Assembly (NCBI GenBank): GCA_046483315.1
Contig: JAWODJ010000058.1
Location: 32,321-96,320, forward strand
DNA length: 64,000 nt
Reading direction: 5' to 3'
Source of the DNA: Bacteroidales bacterium
GTDB taxonomy: Bacteria; Bacteroidota; Bacteroidia; Bacteroidales; PUMT01
This document shows positions 48,421-59,635 of this stretch, piece by piece (within the stretch, counting starts at the first letter, position 1; each line of letters opens with the position of its first letter). A program made the translations under genes and the position numbers. The notes beneath the pieces are model-generated. The model saw nothing but the letters and a program-made list of their open reading frames with translations. It did not search any database and was not told the origin of the DNA.

Positions 48421-50835
48421 CTATGAAGATATTATCCTGAGTTTTGCAAATTTAAGCAGCAGCTGTTTTTGTCCGCCCGGACTGAAAGATACTGTGGCTT
48501 TGGTATCGGGATACCGGCCATCTATACTGATTACCTTTCCCCTGCCAAAGCGTTCATGTTCGACAGTCATTCCTGTTTCCAGTTCATAGTTTTCACTGCC
48601 GGGATTATTGCTTCCACGATGGCTGCCGTCAAGCCGGAGGGTACTATTCTTTGTCCTGTTAAGCGGTACAAACCTGCCTGTTTTCAGGGGGTCATGCGCT
48701 GTGGCCGGGGGATTTTTCAAGGGTGGTGCACCGGTATTTTGTTTTGCGGACCGGGAGAATCTCTTTTCTCTTACAGAGTTGGCATCGTCATAAGGATGGT
48801 TGTATTGTTCGGTTTTGGTACTTAAAAGACTCTTTTCGGGGTATTCAAGATATCCTGGGTCAATCTCAGAAAGAAATCTGCTGGGACGGCACAATACAGG
48901 AACACCCCACCGGTAACGTGTCTGAGCATATGTCAGGGTGGCTGTTGTTTCAGCCCTGGTGAGGGCAACATAGAACAGCCTTCTTTCCTCTTCGAGCTCC
49001 TGGGGTGAATTTGAAGCGAAGATATTCGGGAAAAGCTCCTCCTCCAGTCCCCCAACATAAACATGCCTGAATTCAAGTCCTTTGGCAGAGTGAACGGTCA
49101 TCAGGGTGACTTTGTCGCGGTCGTTTGGTTTGTCGGTGTCCTGGTCAGTGAGCAACGATACATTTTGCAGAAAAGCTCCCAGTGATGTGCTCTCTTCCTG
49201 TTCCTTCTGCTTAAGTGTGAACTCCCTTACTCCGTTAAGCAGCTCCTGGATGTTTTCATATTTGGTGACGTTCTCGGGTGATTTGGGGTCAAAAAGTTCT
49301 TTCAGTATGCCCGAGGCAGAAGCAATATGGCCAGCCATCTGCCAGGCGTCATTACCGGCACTCTTTGTGGTGAATCCGTTAATCATTTCTGAAAAGGCAG
49401 CCAGACGCGAGGCAGTGCCTCGGTTGATACTGAGAGAGGACTGGTATTTACTGATGTTGCATATCACATCCCAGGGGTGGATGCCGTTCTCATTGCAGTA
49501 ACCGGAAAGCCTGTCAGTTGTTGTTTTTCCTATTCCTCTGGCCGGATAATTGATAACGCGGTGCAATGCTTCCTGGTCACGATTATTTACCGTAAGCCTG
49601 AAATAAGCAAGCAGGTCTTTTATCTCTTTTCGCTGGTAGAATGAGAGGCTCCCGTATACTTTGTAGGGTATTCCGTTACGGCGCATGACCTCTTCAAAAA
49701 TACGGGACTGTGCATTTGTCCGGTACAATACGGCAAAACAGTCATAATTACAGCCCGAATCATCCTTTTTTTTAATAATCGATTGTGCAACAGCAGCACC
49801 CTCTTCGTGGTCTGTTGCACATTCAAGTACACTGAGCTTTTCGCCTGTTTCCCTGGCCGACCATATTTTCTTGTGTATTTGTCCCCTGTTCCTGGCAATA
49901 AGACTGTTGGCGGCATTTACAATTGTTTTTGTTGAACGGTAATTCTGTTCCAGCTTAAATATCCTGTATCCCGGATAGTCATTCTTAAAATTCAGAATAT
50001 TCTCAATTCTTGCCCCTCTGAAAGAATATATACTCTGTGCGTCATCACCTACAACGCCGATATTTTTATGCTTTGCTGCCAGCTTTGATACTATCAGGTA
50101 CTGGGCATAATTTGTATCCTGGTACTCGTCAACCAGTATATAACGGAAGATCTCCTGGTATTTGGCCAGCACTTCGGGGAAATCCCTGAAAAGGATATTG
50201 GTATTTAAAAGCAGATCGTCAAAATCCATTGCATCGGCATTCCGGCACCGTTTCTGGTAAAGCCTGAATATTTCTGCTGTCATTGGTTTTTGCCTCCTCC
50301 TGTCTTCTTCTGTTAGTCCGGCGTTGGCTGCATAGGCCTGTGCACTGATAAGGTTATTTTTGGCTGAGGAGATCCGGCCAAAGATCTCATTTGGTTTATA
50401 AACCTGCTCGTCCAGTTTCAGTTCCCTGATAATTCCCTTTATTACATTACGGGAATCAAGGGTGTCATAGATGCTGAAGCCGGAAGTGTAACCGGTATGT
50501 TTGGCTTCCGTCCGCAATATCCTGGAGAAGACTGCATGAAAGGTACCCATCCAGAGATATCTGGCGGACCCGTATCCGACCAGCCCGGTAATGCGTTCCT
50601 TCATTTCTGCTGCGGCTTTATTGGTGAAGGTCAGTGCCAGGATGCCGGCGGCAGGAATACCCTGCTTAAGAAGCCATGCTATGCGGTATGTCAGCACTCT
50701 TGTTTTTCCGGAACCTGCACCTGCAATTATCAGTCCCGGACCCTCGATCTGCTTTACTGCCTCCTGTTGTGCCTTATTAAGGTCTTTGAGAAAGTCTCCC
50801 GCCACCATCAGTTTTTCATTAAGGTTTTTGACCAA
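48421..50835 (-). CDS. UvrD/PcrA/Rep-family ATP-dependent DNA helicase
   Basis: AGAGSGKTRVLTYRIA (Walker A), VDEYQDTN (motif II), TVHSAKGLEF, and a C-terminal Tudor-like tail. Confidence 0.9.
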   Translation of the reverse strand: MVKNLNEKLMVAGDFLKDLNKAQQEAVKQIEGPGLIIAGAGSGKTRVLTYRIAWLLKQGIPAAGILALTFTNKAAAEMKERITGLVGYGSARYLWMGTFHAVFSRILRTEAKHTGYTSGFSIYDTLDSRNVIKGIIRELKLDEQVYKPNEIFGRISSAKNNLISAQAYAANAGLTEEDRRRQKPMTAEIFRLYQKRCRNADAMDFDDLLLNTNILFRDFPEVLAKYQEIFRYILVDEYQDTNYAQYLIVSKLAAKHKNIGVVGDDAQSIYSFRGARIENILNFKNDYPGYRIFKLEQNYRSTKTIVNAANSLIARNRGQIHKKIWSARETGEKLSVLECATDHEEGAAVAQSIIKKKDDSGCNYDCFAVLYRTNAQSRIFEEVMRRNGIPYKVYGSLSFYQRKEIKDLLAYFRLTVNNRDQEALHRVINYPARGIGKTTTDRLSGYCNENGIHPWDVICNISKYQSSLSINRGTASRLAAFSEMINGFTTKSAGNDAWQMAGHIASASGILKELFDPKSPENVTKYENIQELLNGVREFTLKQKEQEESTSLGAFLQNVSLLTDQDTDKPNDRDKVTLMTVHSAKGLEFRHVYVGGLEEELFPNIFASNSPQELEEERRLFYVALTRAETTATLTYAQTRYRWGVPVLCRPSRFLSEIDPGYLEYPEKSLLSTKTEQYNHPYDDANSVREKRFSRSAKQNTGAPPLKNPPATAHDPLKTGRFVPLNRTKNSTLRLDGSHRGSNNPGSENYELETGMTVEHERFGRGKVISIDGRYPDTKATVSFSPGGQKQLLLKFAKLRIISS

Positions 50836-50959
50836 CTATTGAGAAACGTAAAATTACCCTCTTACTTTCTTATCTCCAACTTAAGTCTTCAGCATTTTAT
50901 CAACATATGGAGGTTTGAAAAAGAATTGATATTTTTGAAGAAGAAAAAACAGGTTGCTT

Positions 50960-52204
50960 ATGCGGAGATATCTGATTCGGGGATACAGATTACTGTTGTT
51001 TGTACTGGCGTGCCTTCCTGCTGTTTCAGTAATATCGGATGCACAGATCACCTCATCCGGATACACATCTGTTTTAGAGAGCGGGTATGTGGTGGAATAT
51101 CCTGATACCGTTATCAGGGATAATATATATATATTCTGCAATGAAAATGGAAATCTTTCAGCTTCGTTTCACGAGACTGCAGGAGATCTGATTTTTGAGT
51201 GGTCGGTATATGATACCATTATTGACGGTTTTGATACACCGTTTAAAACCGAACAGGGAGTAGAATCATCGGTTGATAACCTTGAAAGCGGCGGTTACAG
51301 GGTAAGGATAACAGGCGGTAACGGCCCTGACACTCTTTTCAGGGCATGGGTGTTTGTTAACCGCCCGTCAGCCGAAATAAATGAGGACCTGATCAATCAC
51401 ACCTGCGGGGTACTGGATATGTCGGCTACGGTAGATATTGATACCTTTACATATCATAGCCCTGTTACCGGTGAAATGTTAGCCCTGCCGGGTGATTATG
51501 ATATATTCTGGTCGGCCGATCCTTTTGTGCCGACCCCAAACAGGCTTGATATAAGGGTCTGGAATCCTCCGCCTGTTGTTACTGAATACACTTTCCTGGT
51601 TAATTATTATTTGTGTGAAGCAAGTTATATGATAACGGAAGACCCTGTTACGACAAGGGCTGAATTTAAAATCGACCCATCTGAGGGAGAAGCACCTCTT
51701 GAAGTTTTTTTTGATGCAGAAGCGTCGCTGAATGCCGCGGAATATGAGTGGTTTTTTTATTATCAGCCTGATACCACCGACATCAATTTTCCCGATGATT
51801 ATTCAGCTAACCCTGAACATACATATTATATACCCGGTATGTATAACGTTATGCTGAGAACCGTTTCGGAATATTTCTGTGAGGATTTTTTCCTTTACCC
51901 CGAGCCGGTCAGTGTTTATCCTTCAGAGCTTGAGGTGCCAAATGTTTTTACTCCCGACGGCGACGGATACAATGATATTTTCATTGTAAGGGCAGTCTCG
52001 TTGCGGGATTTTCACGGCGTAATCCTGAACCGTAACGGCCGGAAGGTTTTTGAATGGTCAGACCCCGGAGAGGGGTGGGATGGTAAGATCGGCGGTGACA
52101 ACTTTGCTTCACCCGGCGTCTATTTTTATATTATTTCAGGCGAGGGATGGGATGATGTTCCTTATGAATTCACCGGTCCGCTCTACCTTTACAGGGGAAG
52201 GTAA
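50960..52204 (+). CDS. Secreted protein with a gliding-motility-associated (T9SS type B) C-terminal sorting domain
   Basis: Signal peptide, a PKD-like middle region, and the C-terminal motif VPNVFTPDGDGYNDIF ... GWDGK ... GVYFYII. The ATG at 50960 is preferred over the TTG at 50954. Confidence 0.7.
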   Translation: MRRYLIRGYRLLLFVLACLPAVSVISDAQITSSGYTSVLESGYVVEYPDTVIRDNIYIFCNENGNLSASFHETAGDLIFEWSVYDTIIDGFDTPFKTEQGVESSVDNLESGGYRVRITGGNGPDTLFRAWVFVNRPSAEINEDLINHTCGVLDMSATVDIDTFTYHSPVTGEMLALPGDYDIFWSADPFVPTPNRLDIRVWNPPPVVTEYTFLVNYYLCEASYMITEDPVTTRAEFKIDPSEGEAPLEVFFDAEASLNAAEYEWFFYYQPDTTDINFPDDYSANPEHTYYIPGMYNVMLRTVSEYFCEDFFLYPEPVSVYPSELEVPNVFTPDGDGYNDIFIVRAVSLRDFHGVILNRNGRKVFEWSDPGEGWDGKIGGDNFASPGVYFYIISGEGWDDVPYEFTGPLYLYRGR

Positions 52205-52266
52205 TTCATAAGTGGTTTTTTACTTAAAGTTTCCCCGAAAAGGAATCCGGATCCGGTGCAATAATT

Positions 52267-54423
52267 CTATTCCTCTTCCTGTTCCGCCTCGTATGCCTTC
52301 AGCAGTTTTTCCTGCAGGTCACCGGGCACTGCATCATATTTGGCCATTTTCATGGTATATGTTGCCCTTCCGTTTGTAAGCGAGCTGAGTGCCGTGGAAT
52401 ATTTTGCCATTTCGGCAAGGGGTACCCTGGCCTTGATCTTTTCAAACCCTTTTTCACTGGTCATCCCTTCTATCATGGCGCGGCGGCTCTGCAAATCACT
52501 CATGACATCTCCCATTCTTTCTGACGGAACCATAACTTCAACATCATAAATAGGTTCCAGGATTCGGGGACCGGCATTTTTAAATGCTTCCCTGAAGGCA
52601 TTCCTTCCTGCAAGCTTGAATGATATCTCATTTGAGTCGACCGGGTGCATCTTGCCGTCATATACGGCAACTCTTATATCCCGTGCGTAGGATCCTGTGA
52701 GCGGGCCTTCTTCCATTTTCTCCATGATACCCTTAAGTATGGCAGGCATAAAGCGGCCATCTATCGATCCGCCAACGATGCAGTTATAATAGATGAGCAT
52801 TCCTCCCCATGGCAGTTTATGCTCTTCCTTGCCACGCACGGAAACATTAATCTCTTTTCCGTTTATCTTGTATTTGACAGGATCAGGCATATCTTCGGCG
52901 TATGGTTCTATAACCATATGCACCTCTCCGAACTGACCTGCACCCCCGGATTGCTTTTTATGGCGGTATGTGGCCTGGGCGGTTTTCGTTATGGTTTCCC
53001 TGTATGGTATTTTGGGTGCAATGAAATCGGTCTCGATCTTAAAAATGTTGTCAAGATGCCATTTTAAGATATTGAGGTGATATTCACCCTGCCCGTAAAC
53101 AATGATCTGCTTAAGTTCCTTGGAATATTCAATAATTATCGTTGGATCTTCATCATGCATTCTTGAGAGAGCTTCTCCCAGTTTCTCTTCGTCTGACTCA
53201 CTCTTTGCCTTTATTGCAGCCCGGTATTTCGGCTCAGGGTATTTAACCGGCTCAAATTCCAGGGGCTTGCCTGCAACTGAAAGTGTCTGGCTGGCTTTGG
53301 TGTTTTTCAGCTTAACAGTTGCCCCTATGTCGCCGGCAACGAGTTTGGATACCTTATTGCGGGTTTTTCCCGCCACTACCAGTAATTGAGAGAACCTCTC
53401 CTTTGATGATGTAGTGTTATTAACAAGGTCCATGCTTTCGGTTACCTCTCCCGACATAACCTTGAAATAATTTATCTCACCGATATGCTGCTCAAGACTT
53501 GTTTTGAAAATAAAAACTGATGCAGGCCCTGATGCATCACAAATTACCTCTGCCCCGTCTATTGTAACAGCAGGTCCGGTCTCATGCGGACCCGGCGCTA
53601 TATTGGAAATAAATTCCAGCAGTCTTCCCGTGCCCATATTTTTTTTTGCCGACACACACAGGACAGGAAACATATTCCTTGTTCTGATACCCATGCGTAA
53701 CCCCTTCATTATTTCTTCTTCATCGAGTGTGCCTTTGTCAAAGAAAGTTTCCATAAGGGTTTCATCATTTTCGGCTGCCGCTTCGATCATTTCATTGCGC
53801 AGTTCTTCAGCCCTGTCAGCCTGGTCGTCCGGAATATCAGAGATTTCGGGTTTACCCCCGTCTTCCTGATATTTATAAAGTTTCATTTTTAAAACATCCA
53901 CGATGGAGTTGAAATTTTCACCGGAATTGACAGGATACTGAATTATAACAGCTTTACTTCCGTAACTTTGTTTCAGTGATTCCTGGACTTTTTCAAAAGC
54001 TGCCTTGTCATGATCAAGCTGGTTGACGGCGAGGATGACCGGTTTGTTGTGAGATTCAAGATGGCGGCCCTGGATCTCAGTCCCTATTTCCACACCATTC
54101 TGACCGTTTATAAGCATAAGGGCTGAGTCGGCCGGACGCAACCCAGTAATCAGTCCGCCGCTGAAATCATCAAGTCCGGGTGCATCAATAAGGTTTATTT
54201 TTTTATCAGCATACTCTGTGTATAAAACCGTTGCAAAAACCGAGTTTTCATTTTCATGCTCAATCTCGTTATAGTCGGAGACAGTATTCTTATTCTCAAC
54301 CGTGCCCCTTCTGTCTATTAATCCGCCTTCAAAAAGCATGGCCTCCACCAGAGTGGTCTTTCCTGATTTGGGGTTGCCGCAAACCACTATGTTTTTTATC
54401 TCTTCAGTCTGGTAAGTTCTCAT
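52267..54423 (-). CDS. Elongation factor G paralog (EF-G2-like) lacking the switch II catalytic histidine
   Basis: Five-domain EF-G-length protein (718 aa). G1 is GNPKSGKT. G3 is DAPGLDDF, compared with DTPGHVDF in the fusA copy at 55929. Confidence 0.85.
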   Translation of the reverse strand: MRTYQTEEIKNIVVCGNPKSGKTTLVEAMLFEGGLIDRRGTVENKNTVSDYNEIEHENENSVFATVLYTEYADKKINLIDAPGLDDFSGGLITGLRPADSALMLINGQNGVEIGTEIQGRHLESHNKPVILAVNQLDHDKAAFEKVQESLKQSYGSKAVIIQYPVNSGENFNSIVDVLKMKLYKYQEDGGKPEISDIPDDQADRAEELRNEMIEAAAENDETLMETFFDKGTLDEEEIMKGLRMGIRTRNMFPVLCVSAKKNMGTGRLLEFISNIAPGPHETGPAVTIDGAEVICDASGPASVFIFKTSLEQHIGEINYFKVMSGEVTESMDLVNNTTSSKERFSQLLVVAGKTRNKVSKLVAGDIGATVKLKNTKASQTLSVAGKPLEFEPVKYPEPKYRAAIKAKSESDEEKLGEALSRMHDEDPTIIIEYSKELKQIIVYGQGEYHLNILKWHLDNIFKIETDFIAPKIPYRETITKTAQATYRHKKQSGGAGQFGEVHMVIEPYAEDMPDPVKYKINGKEINVSVRGKEEHKLPWGGMLIYYNCIVGGSIDGRFMPAILKGIMEKMEEGPLTGSYARDIRVAVYDGKMHPVDSNEISFKLAGRNAFREAFKNAGPRILEPIYDVEVMVPSERMGDVMSDLQSRRAMIEGMTSEKGFEKIKARVPLAEMAKYSTALSSLTNGRATYTMKMAKYDAVPGDLQEKLLKAYEAEQEEE

Positions 54424-54524
54424 ATTACTGCTGTTGTTTTTAAGAAATTATTTTATCTAAGCTTATATCTTTGGTAATGTCCTGATATTTAATGAAAAAT
54501 ATCTGTAAAGGTGTAAATCGGGCT

Positions 54525-54532
54525 CAAAAGTA
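54525..54532 (-). promoter_or_regulatory. Bacteroidota-type -7 promoter element for the EF-G paralog
   Basis: The plus strand reads CAAAAGTA, which is TACTTTTG on the minus strand. It lies about 100 nt upstream of the start at 54423. Confidence 0.35.
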
Positions 54533-54657
54533 ATAATTTTTAATCAAGTTTCAATACTTAGTTTGAGTTTTGCATTCAGGGTGGCGGGGATAAGAATATA
54601 AAGATAAATATTGTTAAAAATTTTGTTCAAAAAAATTGATTTGAGAATCATTTTTAC

Positions 54658-54665
54658 TAATTTTG
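54658..54665 (+). promoter_or_regulatory. Distal Bacteroidota-type -7 promoter element, about 330 nt upstream of rpsL
   Basis: TAATTTTG, followed by a comparatively GC-rich stretch of about 230 nt. Confidence 0.35.
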
Positions 54666-54940
54666 CAGCCCTCCGGTCAATTGCAACTGATTCCGCCGGA
54701 CAGTTTCTGTCGCAAAGGGTCACTATCATTTGAATTTCCAGGGAGACAGGGCAGGGTTAACGGTAACATATATTATTATACATGGTGAATTAACCAGGCC
54801 GCAGATCACATCTTAGTAATATGAACTTTGTACTGCCGGGTAAACAGGAGTTTATAATGAACCCGGCCTCAGAGCTCATGTACAGAAGGCAGATGAGGGA
54901 AAATATTAATGAATAATTGTTGTTTTTGGAAAAAAAAATA

Positions 54941-54948
54941 TACCTTTG
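54941..54948 (+). promoter_or_regulatory. Proximal Bacteroidota-type -7 promoter element for rpsL
   Basis: TACCTTTG lies 46 nt upstream of the rpsL ATG. Confidence 0.45.
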
Positions 54949-54993
54949 CACACCCATTTAATAAAATGTTATTAATCATTTGAATTAATCTTT

Positions 54994-55374
54994 ATGCCTA
55001 CAATTCAGCAGTTAGTAAGAAAAGGAAGGACCAGGCTTACCGAGAAGAAGAAGGCTCCGGCACTGGATGCATGCCCGCAAAGAAGAGGTGTTTGTGTGCG
55101 TGTTTATACCACAACTCCCAAGAAGCCCAATTCTGCGATGAGAAAAGTTGCAAGGGTAAGACTGACTAACGGGAAGGAAGTGAATTCATATATTCCCGGT
55201 GAAGGTCACAATTTACAGGAACACTCGATTGTTCTCATCAGGGGTGGCAGGGTAAAGGATCTTCCGGGGGTAAGATATCACCTGATTCGCGGTGCCCTGG
55301 ATACATCCGGAGTTGACGGGCGTACCCAAAGGCGTTCAAAGTACGGAACAAAAAGGCCCAAGGTCAAAAAATAA
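54994..55374 (+). CDS. rpsL: 30S ribosomal protein S12
   Basis: [12 protein letters not shown] ... [16 protein letters not shown]. Confidence 0.97.
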   Translation: MPTIQQLVRKGRTRLTEKKKAPALDACPQRRGVCVRVYTTTPKKPNSAMRKVARVRLTNGKEVNSYIPGEGHNLQEHSIVLIRGGRVKDLPGVRYHLIRGALDTSGVDGRTQRRSKYGTKRPKVKK

Positions 55375-55402
55375 ATTTAAACACAGCAGAAGAATAAATT
55401 AG

Positions 55403-55879
55403 ATGAGAAAGACAAAACCAAAAAAGAGAATCTTGCTGCCGGATCCTAAATATACAGATATTGAGGTAACCCGGTTTGTAAATAATATGATGTACCAGGG
55501 CAAAAAAAGCCTGGCTTTCAATATTTTTTACGGTGCCATGGATCTGGTTGAGCAGAAAACCAAAGATAGCGGGAAAACGCCTCTTGAGGTATGGAAAAAA
55601 GCGCTTGAGAATATAACCCCGATGGTTGAGGTCAAGAGTCGAAGGGTAGGGGGGGCAACTTTTCAGGTGCCCCAGGAAGTAAGGCCAGAGAGAAAGGTTT
55701 CCATCAGTATTAAGAATATGATCATGTTTGCGCGTAAGCGTGCCGGGAAGACCATGGCAGATAAGCTTGCTGCTGAAATTGTGGCCGCTTATAATGAAGA
55801 GGGCGGTGCTTTCAAAAGAAAAGAAGATATGCACAGGATGGCGGAGGCCAATAAGGCGTTTGCCCATTTCAGGTTTTAA
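55403..55879 (+). CDS. rpsG: 30S ribosomal protein S7
   Basis: PDPKY ... [15 protein letters not shown] ... [16 protein letters not shown]. Confidence 0.97.
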   Translation: MRKTKPKKRILLPDPKYTDIEVTRFVNNMMYQGKKSLAFNIFYGAMDLVEQKTKDSGKTPLEVWKKALENITPMVEVKSRRVGGATFQVPQEVRPERKVSISIKNMIMFARKRAGKTMADKLAAEIVAAYNEEGGAFKRKEDMHRMAEANKAFAHFRF

Positions 55880-55928
55880 CATTATAAATATTTCCTGAAG
55901 TTGCAATAAGGTTTGTGTTAAGTATTAT

Positions 55929-58034
55929 ATGAACAAAGATTTAAAATACAGGAGGAACATTGGTATCATGGCACACATTGATGCCGGTAAGACAACCACA
56001 ACGGAGAGAATTCTGTTCTATACCGGGATCAATCACCGCATGGGTGAAGTGCATGATGGCGCTGCGACGATGGACTGGATGGTTCAGGAGCAGGAGAGGG
56101 GAATTACCATTACTTCTGCGGCAACTACAACCTTCTGGAGATACAATGACGAAGAGTTCAAGATAAACATTATAGATACACCTGGCCATGTTGATTTTAC
56201 GGTTGAGGTTGAACGCTCATTAAGGGTGCTGGATGGTGCAGTTGCTGTGTTTTGTGCTGTTGGCGGAGTTGAGCCTCAATCCGAAACTGTCTGGAGGCAG
56301 GCGGATCGTTATAAGGTACCCCGTATAGGATTTGTCAATAAGATGGACCGGTCGGGTGCAGATTTTCTTTCTGTTGTATCACAGATACACGATAAGCTTG
56401 GAGCCAACCCTGTTCCTCTTCAGATACCTATAGGCCGTGAGGAAAATTTCAGGGGAGTAGTTGACCTTGTCGATATGAGGGCAATGATATGGCATGAAGA
56501 TAAACTGGGTGTTACTTATGAGATGCAAGACATACCTGACGACCTTGTTGAAGAAGCCAAAGAGTGGCGCGGTCGTCTTATCGAATCAGTTGCGGATGCC
56601 GATGATACCATTCTTGAAAAATACCTGGACGATCCTGAATCAATTACGGCTGAGCAATTATCCGCGGCAATCAGGAAGGCCACAATAAGTCTGAAGGTTG
56701 TTCCGGTTATGTGTGGAGCGGCATTTAAAAATAAGGGTATTCAGCGATTACTTGATGCGATTATTGCTTTTCTGCCTTCTCCTGTTGATATTGATGCAGT
56801 GAAGGGAATTAATCCACGTAATGATGAGCTTGTTGAAAGGAGACCCGATGCTTCTGAACCCATGTCTGCCCTTGCCTTTAAAATTGCAACGGATCCCTTT
56901 GTCGGGAGACTTGCTTTTCTCAGGGTATACAGCGGAAGAATTGATGCGGGCAGCCAGGTTCTGAATGTACGGACAGGGAAAAAGGAGAGGATCACCAGGC
57001 TTTACCAGATGCATGCCAACAAGCAAAATCCGAAAGAGTTCATTGAGGCCGGCGATATTTGCGCAGCTGTCGGATTCAAGAATCTCAGAACCGGAGATAC
57101 ACTGTGTGATGATAAGAAACCCATATTACTTGAGTCAATTACTTTTCCTGAACCTGTTATAGGTGTGGCCATTGAACCCAAAACTCAAAAAGATATAGAT
57201 AAGCTTGGTATTGCACTGAATAAGCTTTCAGAAGAGGATCCCACATTCAAGGTGAAATATGATGAGAATTCCGGCCAGACCATTATTAACGGTATGGGTG
57301 AGTTGCACCTGGAGATACTGGTGGACAGGCTGAAACGGGAATTTAAGGTAGAATGCAACCAGGGTGCTCCGCAGGTGGCCTATAAGGAAGCAATAACTGG
57401 TTCTGTTGAACACAGGGAAGTATTCAAAAAACAGACCGGCGGCAGAGGAAAATTTGCCGATATAATTGTAAAAATGTCTCCTGCCGACGAAGGATATAGC
57501 GGACTCCAGTTTCTTGATGAGGTTAAGGGCGGAAACATCCCTAAAGAATTTATACCTTCAGTTCAGAAAGGTTTCAGTGAAGCCATGCAAAATGGAGTGC
57601 TTGCCGGTTTTCCCCTTGAGAACCTCAAAGTTGTCCTTTTGGACGGGTCTTATCATAATGTCGATTCAGACAGTCTCTCTTTTGAGATCGCTGCCAAGCA
57701 GGCTTTCAGACATGCCCTGCCAAAAACAAAACCGGTATTGCTTGAGCCGGTTATGAAAGTTGAGGTTGTTACCCCCGAGGAGTATATGGGTGATGTGATT
57801 TCAGATTTCAATAAACGAAGGGGTCATGTTGAAAAAATGGAGGGCAAGGCGGGAGCCAGGCTTATTCGTGCAAGGGTGCCCCTGGCCGAGCAGTTTGGTT
57901 ATGTTACCGTGTTGCGAACACTTACATCAGGAAGAGCCACCTCTACAATGGAGTTTTCGCATTATGAGAAGGTTGGTGACGACATAACAAAAAAGATACT
58001 TGAACGTACTACAGGGCAAAAAGAATCAGCATAA
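55929..58034 (+). CDS. fusA: Elongation factor G (canonical)
   Basis: [29 protein letters not shown]. 701 aa in the str operon position. Confidence 0.97.
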   Translation: MNKDLKYRRNIGIMAHIDAGKTTTTERILFYTGINHRMGEVHDGAATMDWMVQEQERGITITSAATTTFWRYNDEEFKINIIDTPGHVDFTVEVERSLRVLDGAVAVFCAVGGVEPQSETVWRQADRYKVPRIGFVNKMDRSGADFLSVVSQIHDKLGANPVPLQIPIGREENFRGVVDLVDMRAMIWHEDKLGVTYEMQDIPDDLVEEAKEWRGRLIESVADADDTILEKYLDDPESITAEQLSAAIRKATISLKVVPVMCGAAFKNKGIQRLLDAIIAFLPSPVDIDAVKGINPRNDELVERRPDASEPMSALAFKIATDPFVGRLAFLRVYSGRIDAGSQVLNVRTGKKERITRLYQMHANKQNPKEFIEAGDICAAVGFKNLRTGDTLCDDKKPILLESITFPEPVIGVAIEPKTQKDIDKLGIALNKLSEEDPTFKVKYDENSGQTIINGMGELHLEILVDRLKREFKVECNQGAPQVAYKEAITGSVEHREVFKKQTGGRGKFADIIVKMSPADEGYSGLQFLDEVKGGNIPKEFIPSVQKGFSEAMQNGVLAGFPLENLKVVLLDGSYHNVDSDSLSFEIAAKQAFRHALPKTKPVLLEPVMKVEVVTPEEYMGDVISDFNKRRGHVEKMEGKAGARLIRARVPLAEQFGYVTVLRTLTSGRATSTMEFSHYEKVGDDITKKILERTTGQKESA

Positions 58035-58044
58035 AAATAATAAG

Positions 58045-58350
58045 ATGAGCCAGAAAATACGAATTAAATTGAAATCCTACGATCATAACCTTGTGGACAA
58101 ATCCACCGAAAAGATCGTTAAAACCGTGAAGAGTACCGGAGCAGTCGTAAGCGGGCCGATCCCACTGCCTACACATAAGCGGATCTTTACAGTTTTACGT
58201 TCACCTTTTGTAAATAAGAAAGCCAGGGAGCAGTTTGAACTGAGTTCATACAAGCGCCTTCTTGATATTTACAGCTCAACACCAAAAACAATTGATGCGC
58301 TTATGAAGCTGGAATTGCCTAGTGGTGTTGAGGTTGAAATTAAAGTGTAA
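58045..58350 (+). CDS. rpsJ: 30S ribosomal protein S10
   Basis: Starts at [18 protein letters not shown]. The track ORF (58000) overlaps the fusA end. Confidence 0.95.
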   Translation: MSQKIRIKLKSYDHNLVDKSTEKIVKTVKSTGAVVSGPIPLPTHKRIFTVLRSPFVNKKAREQFELSSYKRLLDIYSSTPKTIDALMKLELPSGVEVEIKV

Positions 58351-58371
58351 CTATTTGTAAAACGAGATAAA

Positions 58372-58989
58372 ATGCCCGGATTAATTGGAAAAAAAATAGG
58401 AATGACCTCGGTTTTCGGTGAAGATGGGAAATATTTACCATGTACCGTTATTGAAGCCGGCCCTTGTGTGGTGACGCAGGTCAAAACCAGGGAAAAGGAC
58501 GGATATGAGGCAGTTCAGCTTGCTTTTGATGACAGGAAGGAAAAATCCTGCAATAAGCCAATGCTTGGCCACTTCAGGAAAGCAAATACCACCCCGAAGA
58601 GAAAATTACATGAGTTCAGGGGTTTTGAAGAGGAGTTTAAACCAGGTGACCAGATCACAGTTGATTTATTGAAAAATGACACCTGGCTGGATATAACAGG
58701 TATGTCAAAAGGAAGAGGTTTCCAGGGTGTGGTAAAAAGACACGGGTTCAGCGGAGTCGGACAGGCCACTCACGGGCAGCATAACCGTATGCGGGCTCCG
58801 GGATCAATCGGAAGCTCTTCGTATCCTTCGCGTGTGTTCAAGGGTATGAGAATGGCAGGCAGAATGGGTGGTGAAAATGTTATGATGATTTCCCTGAGAG
58901 TTGTTAAGATAATACCGGAGAGCAACCTGTTACTTGTTATGGGATCTGTTCCCGGTGCGAAAGGTTCATATTTAATTATTCAGCAATAA
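58372..58989 (+). CDS. rplC: 50S ribosomal protein L3
   Basis: [15 protein letters not shown] ... [11 protein letters not shown]. Confidence 0.96.
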   Translation: MPGLIGKKIGMTSVFGEDGKYLPCTVIEAGPCVVTQVKTREKDGYEAVQLAFDDRKEKSCNKPMLGHFRKANTTPKRKLHEFRGFEEEFKPGDQITVDLLKNDTWLDITGMSKGRGFQGVVKRHGFSGVGQATHGQHNRMRAPGSIGSSSYPSRVFKGMRMAGRMGGENVMMISLRVVKIIPESNLLLVMGSVPGAKGSYLIIQQ

Positions 58990-58990
58990 A

Positions 58991-59623
58991 ATGGAGCTAG
59001 CAGTATACAATATTAAAGGAGAGGAAACCGGCAAGAATGTCAGTTTGAATGAAAGTGTATATGGGATTGACCCCAATGATCACGCTATATATCTTGACGT
59101 TAAGCAGTATATGGCAAATATGCGCCAGGGTACTCATAAAACAAAAGAACGTGCTGAGGTTACCGGAAGTACTAAAAAGATAAAGAGGCAAAAAGGCACA
59201 GGTACCGCACGTTCGGGTGATATAAAAAGTCCTATATTCCGGGGTGGGGGACGTACTTTCGGACCGGCTCCGAGGGACTACAGGTTCAAGCTTAATAAAA
59301 AAGTTAAAAGGCTTGCAAGGCGTTCGGCCCTGTCATATAAGGCTAAAGCTGATAAGATCAGGATTATTGAGGATTTTAACCTGGAGGCACCGAAAACAAA
59401 AGATTATATAAACGTACTCAATAATTTGAAAATTAATGAGAAAAAGTCTCTTTTGGTTTTAAACGAACAAAATAAAAACATATATTTGTCTTCCCGAAAT
59501 TTGCAGGGTACGAAAGTAGTAAAGGCCTCTGATATAACAACATATGACATCATGAATGCGTCGGTTCTGTTGCTTGTTGAGAGCTCAGTTGATGTTTTGG
59601 ACAATATGTTAAGCAACCAGTAA
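58991..59623 (+). CDS. rplD: 50S ribosomal protein L4
   Basis: [25 protein letters not shown], in the S10 operon position. Confidence 0.95.
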   Translation: MELAVYNIKGEETGKNVSLNESVYGIDPNDHAIYLDVKQYMANMRQGTHKTKERAEVTGSTKKIKRQKGTGTARSGDIKSPIFRGGGRTFGPAPRDYRFKLNKKVKRLARRSALSYKAKADKIRIIEDFNLEAPKTKDYINVLNNLKINEKKSLLVLNEQNKNIYLSSRNLQGTKVVKASDITTYDIMNASVLLLVESSVDVLDNMLSNQ

Positions 59624-59635
59624 TATAAAATTGTC

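Noticed and set aside
52205-52266. CCGGATCCGG palindrome between the convergent T9SS cargo gene and the EF-G paralog, considered as a terminator
   Set aside because: It is a 10-bp perfect palindrome with no loop and no T-tract, so it is not a convincing intrinsic terminator.
55364-55906. 180-aa minus-strand ORF antisense to rpsG
   Set aside because: It lies entirely within S7 on the opposite strand and has no recognisable features.
58035-58044. Absence of tuf between fusA and rpsJ, considered as a deletion or rearrangement
   Set aside because: This is the normal arrangement in Bacteroidota, where tuf is located with secE-nusG elsewhere.
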